From: Octopus sinensis
Lineage: Eukaryota
Direction of reading: 5' to 3'
DNA: 34,413 bases
NCBI RefSeq assembly: GCF_006345805.1
Contig: NW_021831705.1
Location: 1 to 34,413 of the forward strand
The translations under genes and the position numbers were made by a program. The notes beneath the pieces are model-generated. The model was given only the letters and a program-made list of their open reading frames with translations. It made no database searches and was not told where the DNA came from. Shown piece after piece: positions 10,762 through 21,924 of the stretch (positions within the stretch are counted from its first letter, which is position 1; each line of letters opens with the position of its first letter).

Positions 10762-11589
10762 CTGTAAAAGAAACAAAACAAATGTAATCTGACGCAAAGA
10801 AAATAACATCGTACAAAATTAACAGAAATCTTTGTTTCACTCATGATTTTAATTTAAAGAGTTAAACGCGATCGTTTTAACTCAACACTCCAACAAAAGA
10901 TACAATTTTTACAATGATTTCCCTGCTTAGAGTGATAGAACAATTTTAACATAGTAGCGTCCCCAAAGTCCATCCCCTCATCACCGTGGTGGGGTCGCTG
11001 GCAACGGGAAGTGTCAGAGCTATGCCGTCGGGAACTTCGGTTCCTGGTAGGGCCACCCAAGGCGGATTGGTCTGACACCGAGTGGTATTAGGGCCACAAC
11101 CCGGCAGATGGGGCTCTGGTGAAAATCCTAGGAGTGTCTGTTTCGGCAACCGGCAGCTCCTCGGTCGTTCTGTCCCTGCGTCTGCGGACAATCTGCGGCA
11201 AACAGGATGTCTCTACATGCGGGATTGTTGGGGATCGCTTGTGAAATTCCTATTCCCACGAAACTTCTTCCACTGCCATGGTTCGAGATGCCTCGAGGGT
11301 GGTAGAAGAAGCCGACTCAACCCGCCACAAGTACAAGTTTAACATGGTACCTATTTGCAGATAAATAAACTTGGCTATACCACATGGTGAAGGAATGTAA
11401 ATCTTCTATTAACTCGGGTGTTTCTAATGCCTTTCTGAGTTGATGTGCTTTCTGTGACAAAGTCATCAAATCAGAATACACTTTATTTTCTTTTCGCGGT
11501 AACTTACCCTCAAGAGAAAGCATTCTGTACTTCTTCAATGTAACTTGAAACTTTTTTCTCTTGTTGTGTGGTGACTTGCTATAAAATTG

Positions 11590-11790
11590 GTTTCAAATGT
11601 TGACACAAGGCCAGTAATTTTGAAGAAGTGGGTAAGTCGATTACATTGACCCCAGTACTCAACTGGTACTTATTTTATCGATTTCGAAAGGATGAAAAGC
11701 GAAGTCGACCTCGGTGGGATTTGAACTCAGAACGTGAAGAGGGACGAAGCATTATGTCCGGCGTCCTAACGATTCTGCCAGCTTGTCATG
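11590..11790 (-). mobile_element. Family A SINE
   Basis: Reverse-complement core aactggtactt...gtcgacctcgg...ttgaactcagaacg. Confidence 0.75.
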
Positions 11791-11844
11791 ACTTATGATA
11801 TTAGCATTACTTGACATAGAGCTGTAATTCTTATTATAAGTATT

Positions 11845-12328
11845 AGGATGACGTTGAGTTGGCAGAATTGTTAGCATGCCGAGCGAAATACTTAACGGTT
11901 TTTCGTCTGCCGTTACGTTCTGAGTTCAAATTCCGCTGAGGTCGACTTTGCCTTTCATCCTTTCGGGGTCGTTTAAATAAGTACCAGTTACGCACTGGGG
12001 CCGATATAATCGACTTAATACCTATGTCTGTCCTTGTTTGTCCCCTCTGTGTTTAGCCCCTTGTGGGTAGTAAAGAAATAGGTATTTCGTCTGCCGCTAC
12101 GTTCTGAGTGCAAATTCCGCCGAGGTCGACTTTGCCTTTCATCCTTTCGGGTTCGATTAAATAAGTACCAGTTACGCACTGGGGTCGATATAATCGACTT
12201 AATCCGTTTGTCTGTCCTTGTTTGTCCTCTCTGTGTTTAGCCCCTTGTGGGTAGTAAAGAAATAGGTATTTCGCCCGGCGCTACATTCTGAGTTCAAATT
12301 CCGCCGAGGTCGACTTTACCTTTCATCC
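11845..12328 (+). mobile_element. Family A SINE: one head plus about 2.3 tandem bodies
   Basis: Bodies restart at gtatttcg at 12082 and 12266, a period of 184 bp. Confidence 0.85.
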
Positions 12329-12959
12329 TAAGATTCGGTGGGAAAATACAATTGTCACGAATTTAGATCGACCTTTTGGAAGCGAGGCCAGGTTCGTTCA
12401 CAAAATACGTCACAAGGCTTTATAAAACAAATTAAGCTTATACTATCGGTAAAATCTCAAATATCAATTGAATTATACATTAGCGACAGAAGCAACTAAC
12501 TTTTTAACCAGCAAACTTACAAACCACGACACCAGCGCCTGTTCTGTCACTATAAATCTATATGTCGTTGGCGAGGAGATGAATCGCTGCTACATCTAGC
12601 GGTTGAGTGCCCATCACTGACAAGACCAAACAAGGTCGAAATCCCGTGAGGTAGTGATCTCGGGGCTGAAGGTAGCAGGCATTTATCTCACTGCTAGTGA
12701 TATAAATAAGAATGCACTCTGCGCCGAAAAGCCTTTATGAGAGTTTCTCTCATGGTAACTTCCACCGTATAACTTGTTCTAATAGAGCATCCATGTTTAA
12801 GGGAGGAGAAATATTAATACAATTGGCATCGCTTCGCGCCTCCTATGTTTGTGTTTCAGCATACACCTAGGCGAGAATATATCAGAATGTACGAAGTGGT
12901 ACCAAAACGTTCCCGGCATAGTTTTGTAGCGCGCTAACAGATGGCAGCACACGGTTGCG

Positions 12960-13615
12960 TGCTCTGTGAGAGCTAGCAATGGCCTTCATGAGGAAGTGTG
13001 CTGAGTGATATGGCTGTGTTTACTTCGCAAATTGTGAAATTTGTGCTTTGGTGATAACGAGCATGCAGCAGTCTGCGATTTTTTCATGGACAGGAACGAA
13101 GAGCCAGCGTGTACTTTTGTGTTAATCTTGGGAAATCTACTACGGAGACAATATGCATTCTTTGGCAAGCTTACTGCGACGAGACAACGGGTCGTACTCA
13201 ATTTTTCGAGTGGTACAGTGCTTGAAAAGTGGAAGAACATCCCTGGAAGAGGATGAGCCATCTGGAAAACCTGCCACGCGCGTCATTCTCGGAAATGTGG
13301 TATTGTGCATCGAGAATTTGTCCCCCAGGACCAGACCGTCGATCGAGAGTCCTGTGGCGACGTTTTGAAGCGTTTAGAGTGGGGGTGGTTTCGCGAAAAC
13401 GACCGGATCTGTGGATCGCGAAGAATTGGAATCTTCACCGAACAGGCGTAGGAGTGGCTGTGTGGTAAGTAGCTTGCTTACGAACCACATAGTTCCGGGT
13501 TCGGTCCCACTGCGTGGCACCTTGGGCAAGTGTCTTCTACTATAGCCTCGGGCCGACCAAAGCCTTGTGAGTGGATTTGGTAGACGGAAACTCAAAGAAG
13601 CCCATTGTATATATG

Positions 13616-13702
<87 letters not shown>

Positions 13703-14285
13703 TGTATGTATGTATGTATATATGTATGTATACATGTGTGCGTATGTAATGTATATATGTTTGTGTGTCTGTGTTTGTCCCCCCAACATCGCTTGACAAC
13801 CGATGCTGGTGTGTTTACGTCCCCGTAACTTAACGGTTCGGTAAAATGGAACGATAGAATAAGTACTAGGCTTACAAAGAATAACTCCTGGGGTCGATTT
13901 GTTCGACTAAAGGCGGTGCTCCAGCATGGCCACAGTCAAACGACTGAAACAAGTAAAAGAGTAGAAAGAGTAAAAGAGTAAAAGAGAACTCTTCTCACTC
14001 GTGAGTTTTTCACCAAAAAACAACATGGCATCGCTTCCGCACCCACCCCATTCGCCAGATTTAGCACCTTGCGGGATTCCATTTCTTCTCCAAGATGAAA
14101 ATGCAGCTCAAAGATCACCGTTGTCGAGATCCAAAACGAATCGCAGAAGGTCCTCAAATCACTTACGGAAAACGATTCTCAAGCCGAATTCCAAAAGTGG
14201 CAGGGAGCGATGGAACCGGTCAACTGCTGCTCGAGGTGACTATTTTGAAGGGGACGATATCAAAACTTAGGTAAATAAGTAATAA
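12960..14285 (+). mobile_element. Decayed mariner (third family) interrupted by a family B SINE
   Basis: Frameshifted HTH segment (LGKSATET, FEW...GRTSLED..SGKP) at about 13000-13330. C-terminal PHSPDLAPC...RW...GDYFEGD at about 14000-14270. Confidence 0.8.
13445..13985 (+). mobile_element. Family B SINE, uninterrupted reference copy
   Basis: Head ggcgtaggagtggctgtgtggtaag..., internal (TA)/(TATG) tract, and a tail ending in aagtaaaagagt repeats. Confidence 0.8.
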
Positions 14286-14879
14286 TAAATCTCAGAGCGA
14301 GTTATAAACAGTAGCTACAACACATCGTGACGTATATTTGCCATTGAAATATGGCTAACCCCTAAGGGTGGATGCTACTGTAGTTTGTAGCCCCAGGAGA
14401 CCACCGCCTCCAGCTGGCTATAGACACACTTTCTGTGCCCGATCAGTATTTGCAAAGGGAAGTCATCCTTCCCGTCTTCAACTTGACGTGATACACACGG
14501 ACTAGAGTTTCTTAGTATTGACCCGTCATCGGCGTGTGACAATCACAGTTGTCGATGAGAAGTAGATTCCCTGCACAAATACTTATACCTTTTTCCAGTA
14601 TCGATAGACACTGATATCGAAAAAGTGTAAATAACTTATTTCCTATTAAACATAACTAATCTGGGAACCATTTGATACCACTTCGTATACTTATTGATAT
14701 AAAGTTTATAAAAAATATATAAGCGCAGGAGTGGCTGTGTGGTAAGTAGCTTGCTAACCAACCACATGGTTCCGGGTTCAGTCCCCATCTTGGGCAAGTG
14801 TATTCTGCTATAGCCCCGGGCCGACCAATGCCTTGTGAGTGAATTTGGTAGAAGGAAACTGAAAGAAGCCTGTCGTGTG

Positions 14880-16360
14880 TCTAGTATTAATTGTTTCTTG
14901 TTTTTTATATGTGGGTTTTTGTCTTGTTTTTAAGGGAAATGCAATATGACATGTAATAACATATTCATTTTGGTATTTGCCTTGTAATATGTGATTCTTG
15001 AAGTTTTCTAATATTGCATAGTGTATATGTATATCTTGGTTAGATACCTAGCTCTAGATAATGTAAGGCTATTGTGTAATATGTAATATATGAGAGCCTT
15101 TTATGAGTTTGGTTTGTTTAGGTTGAGAATCTAGGTTTTTTGTATGTGTTTATTTGGCAGGTTTATATTGTATATTTGGTCTTTCTTTGTACTCACCTTA
15201 ATTTGTATCTTATGCTATTTACTAATAAACCTTTTCATTTACAAACATTTGGCTTTATAAATATTACCAGCCTTATATATTTAGTTTATATCTATAGTCT
15301 TCTGGATCTGTACTTTAAATTATCCTTCCATACATGTTTACTTTCATCAATATAATATATATATTCACTTTATTTTTTATTTTATTGTAATGGTATCTAT
15401 CTCTGCATTTAGTCTTCTAATTATTTATTTGCTTATTTAAGTGTAGATTTATACATACATATCAAGTCATCTAATTTGTTATCTATTTATTTTTTACTTA
15501 TTTATTTATACAAGTGTAGTTTTATACATACATATCTATCATTTATTTTTATTTTAATAATATATGAATACATATATACTGGTTTGTACTTATAATATGT
15601 GTGTAACCGTAATTATTCCTTCTTATTTATTTTATCACATTTTATCTTAAGTATTTATAATATATAAATTTTTTAAAATTTCTGTGATGTTCTCATATAC
15701 GATTGCATTAGTACTTTCCCAATGTTGATATTATTTAATGCCTAATCTGGTATATTATGGCATTGAATTTATTAAGTAAAAAAGAGATATATTTATAATA
15801 TATAAATTAATATATATTTTATAACTTAGCGTACTTGGAATCATAACAAACTTACGGTAAATCTAATAACCGGTATGTTTACTATGCAATAAACCGGTGT
15901 TATAAATTTTAAGTTACCCAATGAAATAGTATCTGACATCGTAACATAATGATATTTAAAAATATATATATCTTTAAAATAAATATTTTATGGAAATTCA
16001 TGAGTGGATCTTTTTTGTTATTTGAGGCATAGTTATAATTTTGAAAGACTAAATGGCAGCATAGTTGCTCCCCTTTTTGTTTATCTATGTGCTAGTTGTT
16101 GCTTGTGGTTATGTATGTGTATAAGTATATGTGTGTGTGTATACATATAATTATGTATGTATGTGCGATTGATCTGTTGATGCGCGTGTGAATATTGGCG
16201 TTCCTTGTCTAACTAACCGTAAAATTTCTTTTGTGATTTAAATTTCAAACTACTAGCCAATCGAATTAATCTAAATAATCATTACCTAGTGATCAGAACT
16301 TCTAAACTCATAGTTATTTCGATCTTGAAAAGATGGACTTGGTGCAAACATAACTGTATC

Positions 16361-16391
<31 letters not shown>

Positions 16392-16680
16392 ATTAATAGT
16401 AATTTTTATTGACTTTTATAGCTTTATAATTTTATGAACTGAACCATGGTCTTAATTATTATTTTTCATCTCCCTATTAGCCAAATATGTATAATAACTG
16501 TGCTTATTAATATTAATATATACACTGATATATATTTTGTTTTATTTTGTTTTGTTTACCTTGCATTATTGTACCAATGAGTATTATATTATACAAGTGT
16601 AGCATTATGAAGTTTATGCATAAGTTTTTATATTTTACATTTTTATATTTTTATATTTATATGTATATGGAAAAATAATT
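14880..16680 (-). mobile_element. Heavily decayed Penelope-like element
   Basis: Very AT-rich. The minus strand near 15280-15150 gives IYKAGNIYKAKC and, in a shifted frame, DQIYNINLPNKHI, resembling the GIY-YIG at 34098-34412. A hammerhead motif is adjacent. RT motifs are not clearly readable. Confidence 0.45.
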
Positions 16681-16696
16681 TTTTCCCAATTATAAC

Positions 16697-16823
16697 AAAT
16701 TTAATTCTCTGAAGAGGCCGTGGGGCATCCTTGTTAATGCCTCATTTATACCTGCCTTTATGGCTTAAAGGTTAAATGAGGTATGACTGCCCTTGCTGCC
16801 GAAACAGCTGTCAGATTTGATTT
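16697..16823 (+). ncRNA. Minimal hammerhead ribozyme-like motif with a long stem II
   Basis: CTGAAGA at 16709-16715, GGC/GCC closing an extended hairpin, GAAA at 16801-16804, palindrome ACAGCTGT, GTC triplet, stem I TCT/AGA. Confidence 0.7.
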
Positions 16824-17001
16824 AATTACATATTATATTTGAAATTTTATACTTATATCTCTTTGTCTATTTACATTTACTGTATATTTTGTATAATGCC
16901 TTTACTGATATGTAATGGTGTAATAAAGTATTGATTGGGTATCATCTGATAGTTGATGTTTTATTGATTTAAGTATGTTTCTCCATTTTCTAATTTTGTA
17001 G

Positions 17002-17081
<80 letters not shown>

Positions 17082-17298
17082 TTGTGTTTGTGTGTCTGTG
17101 TTTGTCCCCCTAACATTGCTTGACAACCGATTCTGTGTTTACGTCCCCGTCACTTAGCGGTTCGGCAAAAGAGAACGATAGAATAAATACTGGGCTTACA
17201 AAGGCGGTGCTCCAGCATGGCCGCAGTCAAATGACTGAAACAAGTAAAAGAGTAAAAAGTAAGAGTAAAGTTTATAAAAAAATATAATAGTGACTTAC

Positions 17299-17402
17299 GA
17301 ATTTCTAGGTCTGAGGTTACGTAAGCTATTAAATTGTAATGCTGAAGTCATCCGTCTGATATTTAACATAGACGTTAAAAAATCCGTTCCGGTTAAGTTC
17401 CC
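17299..17402 (-). CDS. M13 peptidase exon D (104 nt, phase 0/2): GNLTGTDFLTSMLNIRRMTSALQFNSLRNLRPRN(S)
   Basis: Acceptor ccattttcag, donor GTAAGT, stop-free. It supplies exactly the phase-2 end needed for exon E. F..ML....L..LR resembles the M13 consensus. Confidence 0.82.
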
Positions 17403-17748
17403 CTGAAAATGGAAAATGGTTATTTACTCTGTTAGATCATTTATTCATTCATTTATAAACCTATACATACATAAATACACCCATGCATGTATACGTATAT
17501 GCGTACGTACATGCATAGAGATACGTATATGATATAGGCACACACACACACGCACACACACGCACGCACGCGCGCGCGCGCAGTTCGTGTGTCAAATCGC
17601 TAGCTTGAGGCGGTGGCCTCTTGGAGCTAATCAGCGACAGCTTTAGTCTTATATTTATAAGACTGCTATATTAGTATGGCGATAACTATTAATTTCCAGT
17701 AACGCTGCCGTAATCTCCTTTAGAGAGACTTAGTAATTTTAATATTTC

Positions 17749-17791
<43 letters not shown>

Positions 17792-17842
17792 CACTCATAG
17801 ACACGGGCACACACATACACGCACATATACATACATATATAT

Positions 17843-17894
<52 letters not shown>

Positions 17895-17899
<5 letters not shown>

Positions 17900-18039
17900 C
17901 GTAAGGGGGATCAGCCATCTGAATGTGGCTAGGGACAGGGCGGGGTGGTGGGGGTTTAACTGATGCATTTAGCCCCAGGCGATCACCACCACGCCCTGTC
18001 CCTAGCCACATTCAGATGGCTGATCCCCCTTACGTTATA
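17895..18039. mobile_element. 145-bp MITE-like element with ~46-bp perfect TIRs (56 bp with one mismatch)
   Basis: tataacgtaagggggatcagccatctgaatgtggctagggacaggg and its exact reverse complement, at the end of a (TA)n run. Confidence 0.8.
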
Positions 18040-18367
18040 GAGCAGTTACTGTTTATATCTCGCTCAGAGATTTATTATTGTTATATATATATATATATAT
18101 TTCTATATATTGATTTTTGATCACAACTGCCCGGCGAACGGGATCGTGAAACTCTGAGTATCAGTTTTTTGTGATATTTTTGTGATTTTTTTTTTTTTTG
18201 CAGTTTTAATCATAAAGCATAATACTCTACCTCCGGTATTCGGGGACTATTTCTTCCCACCTTATTTTACATTTATGTGCTTACTCGAGTATATATATAT
18301 ACACATACACACACACACACGCACACACACGCACACACACACACACACGCACACACACACACACACG

Positions 18368-18430
<63 letters not shown>

Positions 18431-19346
18431 ATAATATGTGACAATTATTTGGTAGCCATGATAAAACTCCGAGTTTCGGATGTCGAGGGGGAAATCCACG
18501 TCAGCATCTCTTCAGTTTATCGGGCCATCGAAAAAAATGCTATGAAAATGACTGTTAAAACAAAGGGAAATTACTGCATGATTGACCGTTATTAAGACAA
18601 AAGAGCTATTAGAATGACCGCTAAGCAAGGGGAGGGAGTAAAGGTAAGGGAGTAAAAATGTTCATAGTAATCGCGTAAGCCCGCATGTCCATACATACAC
18701 ATGCGCGCCCGCACACCCACGTATATGTGCCTATATGTATATACTCATCCACCCTCACTTGAAACACGCACGCTCACCCACACATTCGTCAAAAAATATA
18801 TACATACCCGCATACACGCTCGCACACACACACACACACGCACAAAAAAGGTTCATACACACGTCTATATATGTACATGCACAAGAAAAAAAACAGGGCT
18901 AAAGGCAAAATACAGAAAGATATGTAAAAAAAGTCTAAAAAAGCAATAAGAGTAAAACACGTCTATATACGCACATGTCTATATACACACACACGTATAT
19001 ACACGCACATAGCCGCACACGCACACACACATCCACACGCGCACACAAAAAGTTCCATATACACGTCTATATACGCACAGGAAAAATGCAGGGTTGAATG
19101 TAGAATACAGAAAAATTATGTGTAAAAAAATATATGAGCAATAAAACTATAATACAATATCTCTATATTACGTTTATATATTTGTTGTGCAAGATTTTTT
19201 ATGTGAAATCGTGTGTTGAAACAGATATTGTTGTATTTCGGAATGGTCATTTTGCCAGTTTAGCCAATAAAAACACACGCACTATATATTTGGTGTTATT
19301 TTGCTTCATTGTTATTTATTTTTTACATTAATCTTAATCTTATTTC

Positions 19347-19391
19347 GGCCAGAGTTCTTTCGTCACACTCCTGTGACCGCATCAGTGGTCC
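19347..19391 (-). ncRNA. Variant hammerhead-like motif (left arm)
   Basis: GGACCA-CTGATGC-G-GTCACA GGAG TGTGAC-GAAA-GAACTC-TGG. The core has C where the canonical core has A9. Confidence 0.45.
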
Positions 19392-19529
19392 TTTGCTTTC
19401 TTCTTTCTTATTTGTGTCTCTCCTTACTAACCGTCAGCCATTTTGTATTTCTATGAGACACATACAATAGAAATACAAAATGGTTGACGGTTAGTAAGGA
19501 GAGACACAAATAAGAAAGAAGAAAGCAAA

Positions 19530-19574
19530 GGACCCCTGATGCGGTCACAGGAATGTGACGAAAGAACTCTGGCC
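19530..19574 (+). ncRNA. Variant hammerhead-like motif (right arm)
   Basis: GGACCC-CTGATGC-G-GTCACA GGAA TGTGAC-GAAA-GAACTC-TGG. It has the A9C variant and a stem I mismatch. Confidence 0.4.
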
Positions 19575-19781
19575 GAAATAAGATTAAGATTAATGTACAA
19601 AATAAATAACACTGAAGCAAAGTAACACCAAATATATAGTGCGTGTGTTTTTATTGGCTAAACTGGCAAAATGATCATTCCGAAATACAACAATATCTCT
19701 ATAAGTATGTTTTAAAATATATTAAAAATATATAAGAAATATAAGTAAAAAGTATAAAGAGATAAAAAAACTTGTGTGGAC

Positions 19782-20351
19782 TCAAAATAGAAAGCAAGTC
19801 ATATGTGTAATCTCGTGGGGTGGGAACCAAAAACGTAATAAATATTTAGCCACATATGGACATGATCCGAAAAGTTCAGTTCTTGAATTTAGACATGTGG
19901 CGGGGTCTAAGCTGCTTTTCCAGATGAGCAATATTTCCATATCATAAAGACCGCACTGTTCACTGCCGTTGATGTAGGGCTTACACTTGGCTAAGATCTT
20001 CCAATGGATGTTGTAACTGACAGTTTTATCTTTTAAGGACCATATGTGACTAATTTTAAAAATATAATCGCACACAACACATAAAAACCACAATATGAAA
20101 CCAGCTGTTCATGCAGGGATAAAAATTTGTGCCCGCTAAGCTGCATGTCCGAGACCATCATTTATGAAGCCACCGTGGACTTTATATCCACTAAGGACAC
20201 GTTCTCGACGAAGAAATACGTGAGCCTTACAGAGGGTAATTTCAAGATCAGGTTCAATAACCACAGCTTGAGATTCAGGTACTGGGATAAAAGGAAAACG
20301 ATCAAATTATCAAGTCACATATGGTCTTTAAAAGATAAAGGTGTCAGTTAC
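19782..20351. mobile_element. Penelope-like GIY-YIG endonuclease relic in two oppositely oriented halves
   Basis: Plus strand 20127-20351 reads CPLSC...IIYEATV...KYVSLTEGNFKIRFNNH...LSSHIWSLKDK. Minus strand 20052-19782 reads SHIWSLKDK..YNIHWKIL.KCKPY...C.L...E...LNSRTELFGSC. Confidence 0.82.
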
Positions 20352-20606
20352 CCAAAATTTGCAAACTTTAAAAACTTAACTTTTTATTTCATTTTCATAA
20401 TTAGCATACAAAACTAAATCGGCATAACCAGATTTCAAAAACAATTGAAACAAAATTGAAAATATACGAAATCTGTAACAATAACCGAAAAGATCCTGAC
20501 AGCATAGAGAAGGATTTAGCTGCCATTTCTAATATAAAGAGTGAAAGCGTAGAGGCTTCTCTGTTAGCATTAACAAAAGAAAATATTTATTGTGCAAGGA
20601 ACCTAC

Positions 20607-20675
20607 CACGTCAGGAAATAAGGGCATTTTATTGATGGTAGCGGAATATCCAATAAAATCGAGGACGGCAGCTGC
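20607..20675 (-). CDS. M13 peptidase exon C (69 nt, phase 0/0): AAAVLDFIGYSATINKMPLFPDV
   Basis: Acceptor ttttgtcattgcag, donor GTAGGT. IGY lies at the expected place after the KA motif, and the phases fit exons B and D. The sequence is divergent, so the donor choice is less certain. Confidence 0.75.
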
Positions 20676-20789
20676 CTGCAATGACAAAATATTGTACCAA
20701 TTATTTCATAGAAAACACATTGATTCGAAATTCGGTTTTAATATATTTACTCTTGATGTATATATCGAAGTAGGTCACTTTTGAGTGCT

Positions 20790-21160
20790 ACTGGTAACAT
20801 GTAACCCAGTAGAACCTGTTGCATGGTCGGGTCGTCGGCGACTAAACCGGCAACCCCACCAAGCTTGCTTGGTGAGGAGGGTGTTTATTGGACAACCTGC
20901 GGGATGAAAAACAAAACCCGTCAAAGGGCGGAGGAACTCTTGAGAGTAAACGGCCATCCAATAAATGTCTTAAGGCTGTATCATGTGCGGGGACATAAAA
21001 ATAATCGGGCTGTATACTCGATCGCGTAGTTAAACCATTGGGAGTGAAGGACTCCTAGCCTTTGTTAGGGCATCCTTCTAGGAGAAGGTAACTCAGGTAA
21101 CTGGGATAACTCCGACATAAAACCTACGGCTCAGTGGTTACCGATGATGTTGACTTGTTC
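20790..21160 (+). mobile_element. Probable RTE-clade LINE 5'-UTR fragment
   Basis: gggcatccttctaggagaaggtaactc resembles the motif I recall from RTE 5' UTRs. There is no downstream ORF. Confidence 0.35.
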
Positions 21161-21575
21161 TTCTTTTCGGATTATGGCTGCTGTTGTTTAGTGAGTGGGA
21201 TTGACTCAGTGCACAGCCTTTCCTCACTTAAAAAAATATCTTCTTGCACAGGCATTGCACGATAATTACATTGATTAAGCTTCGTGCAATGGCCATACTC
21301 GATAACGAGGGGGCAGCCACCATATATCGAAGTACGGTGGGTACGAATTCAGTAGGCAAAAATATGCCGGTAAATTGGATGATGCGAGCAATTATTTGTC
21401 AAACAATACATATACGTCGTTTATGGATGTAGCAAAATTTTTTGTGAGTAAGCAAAATCGCAATTTCGAGCGACGAAAATTTTGAAGCCGTATTGAAAAT
21501 AATTAAGCATAGTTGACGGTCTTTGTGTGTTTCTGAAAGCATAACTTATGACTCCCACGCTGAGATCGATCGATC

Positions 21576-21579
<4 letters not shown>

Positions 21580-21673
<94 letters not shown>

Positions 21674-21877
21674 CAAAGAGACAGACAGACAGAGAGGCAG
21701 ACAGATAAAGACAGACAGATACACAGAGAGATAGATAGACAGGCAGATAGACAAACAGATAGACAGACAAGTAGGCAGATATATAGATACATACATACAT
21801 AGACAGATAGATAGACAGAAAAACAGACAGACAAACAGGCAGAGAGATAGTTGGATAAAGACAGACAGACAGATAGC

Positions 21878-21923
<46 letters not shown>
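21580..21923. repeat. (GATA)n/(GACA)n microsatellite, left flank of the LINE
   Basis: Read directly. Confidence 0.97.
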
Positions 21924-21924
21924 T

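Larger units (their letters stand above)
14724..17270 (+). mobile_element. Family B SINE split by about 2.1 kb of inserted sequence
   Basis: Head at 14724-14878, then microsatellite and tail at about 17000-17270. Confidence 0.65.
19223..19698. repeat. 232-bp inverted repeat with a 12-nt spacer (Penelope pLTR-like)
   Basis: Arms at 19223-19454 and 19467-19698 differ at only a handful of positions. Each carries a hammerhead-like motif. Confidence 0.92.

Noticed and set aside
10940-11340. GC-rich block that looks repeat-derived
   Set aside because: There is no second copy in the window and no recognisable motif, so it cannot be classified without a database search.
11317-11538. Minus-strand ORF containing a GTAAGT donor-like site, considered as the exon between C and E
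   Set aside because: It has the wrong phase or creates a TGA at the junction. The 104-nt exon at 17299-17402 fits exactly instead.
18830-19130. Degenerate ~200-bp tandem duplication
   Set aside because: Low-complexity AC-rich sequence with no structure or coding signal.
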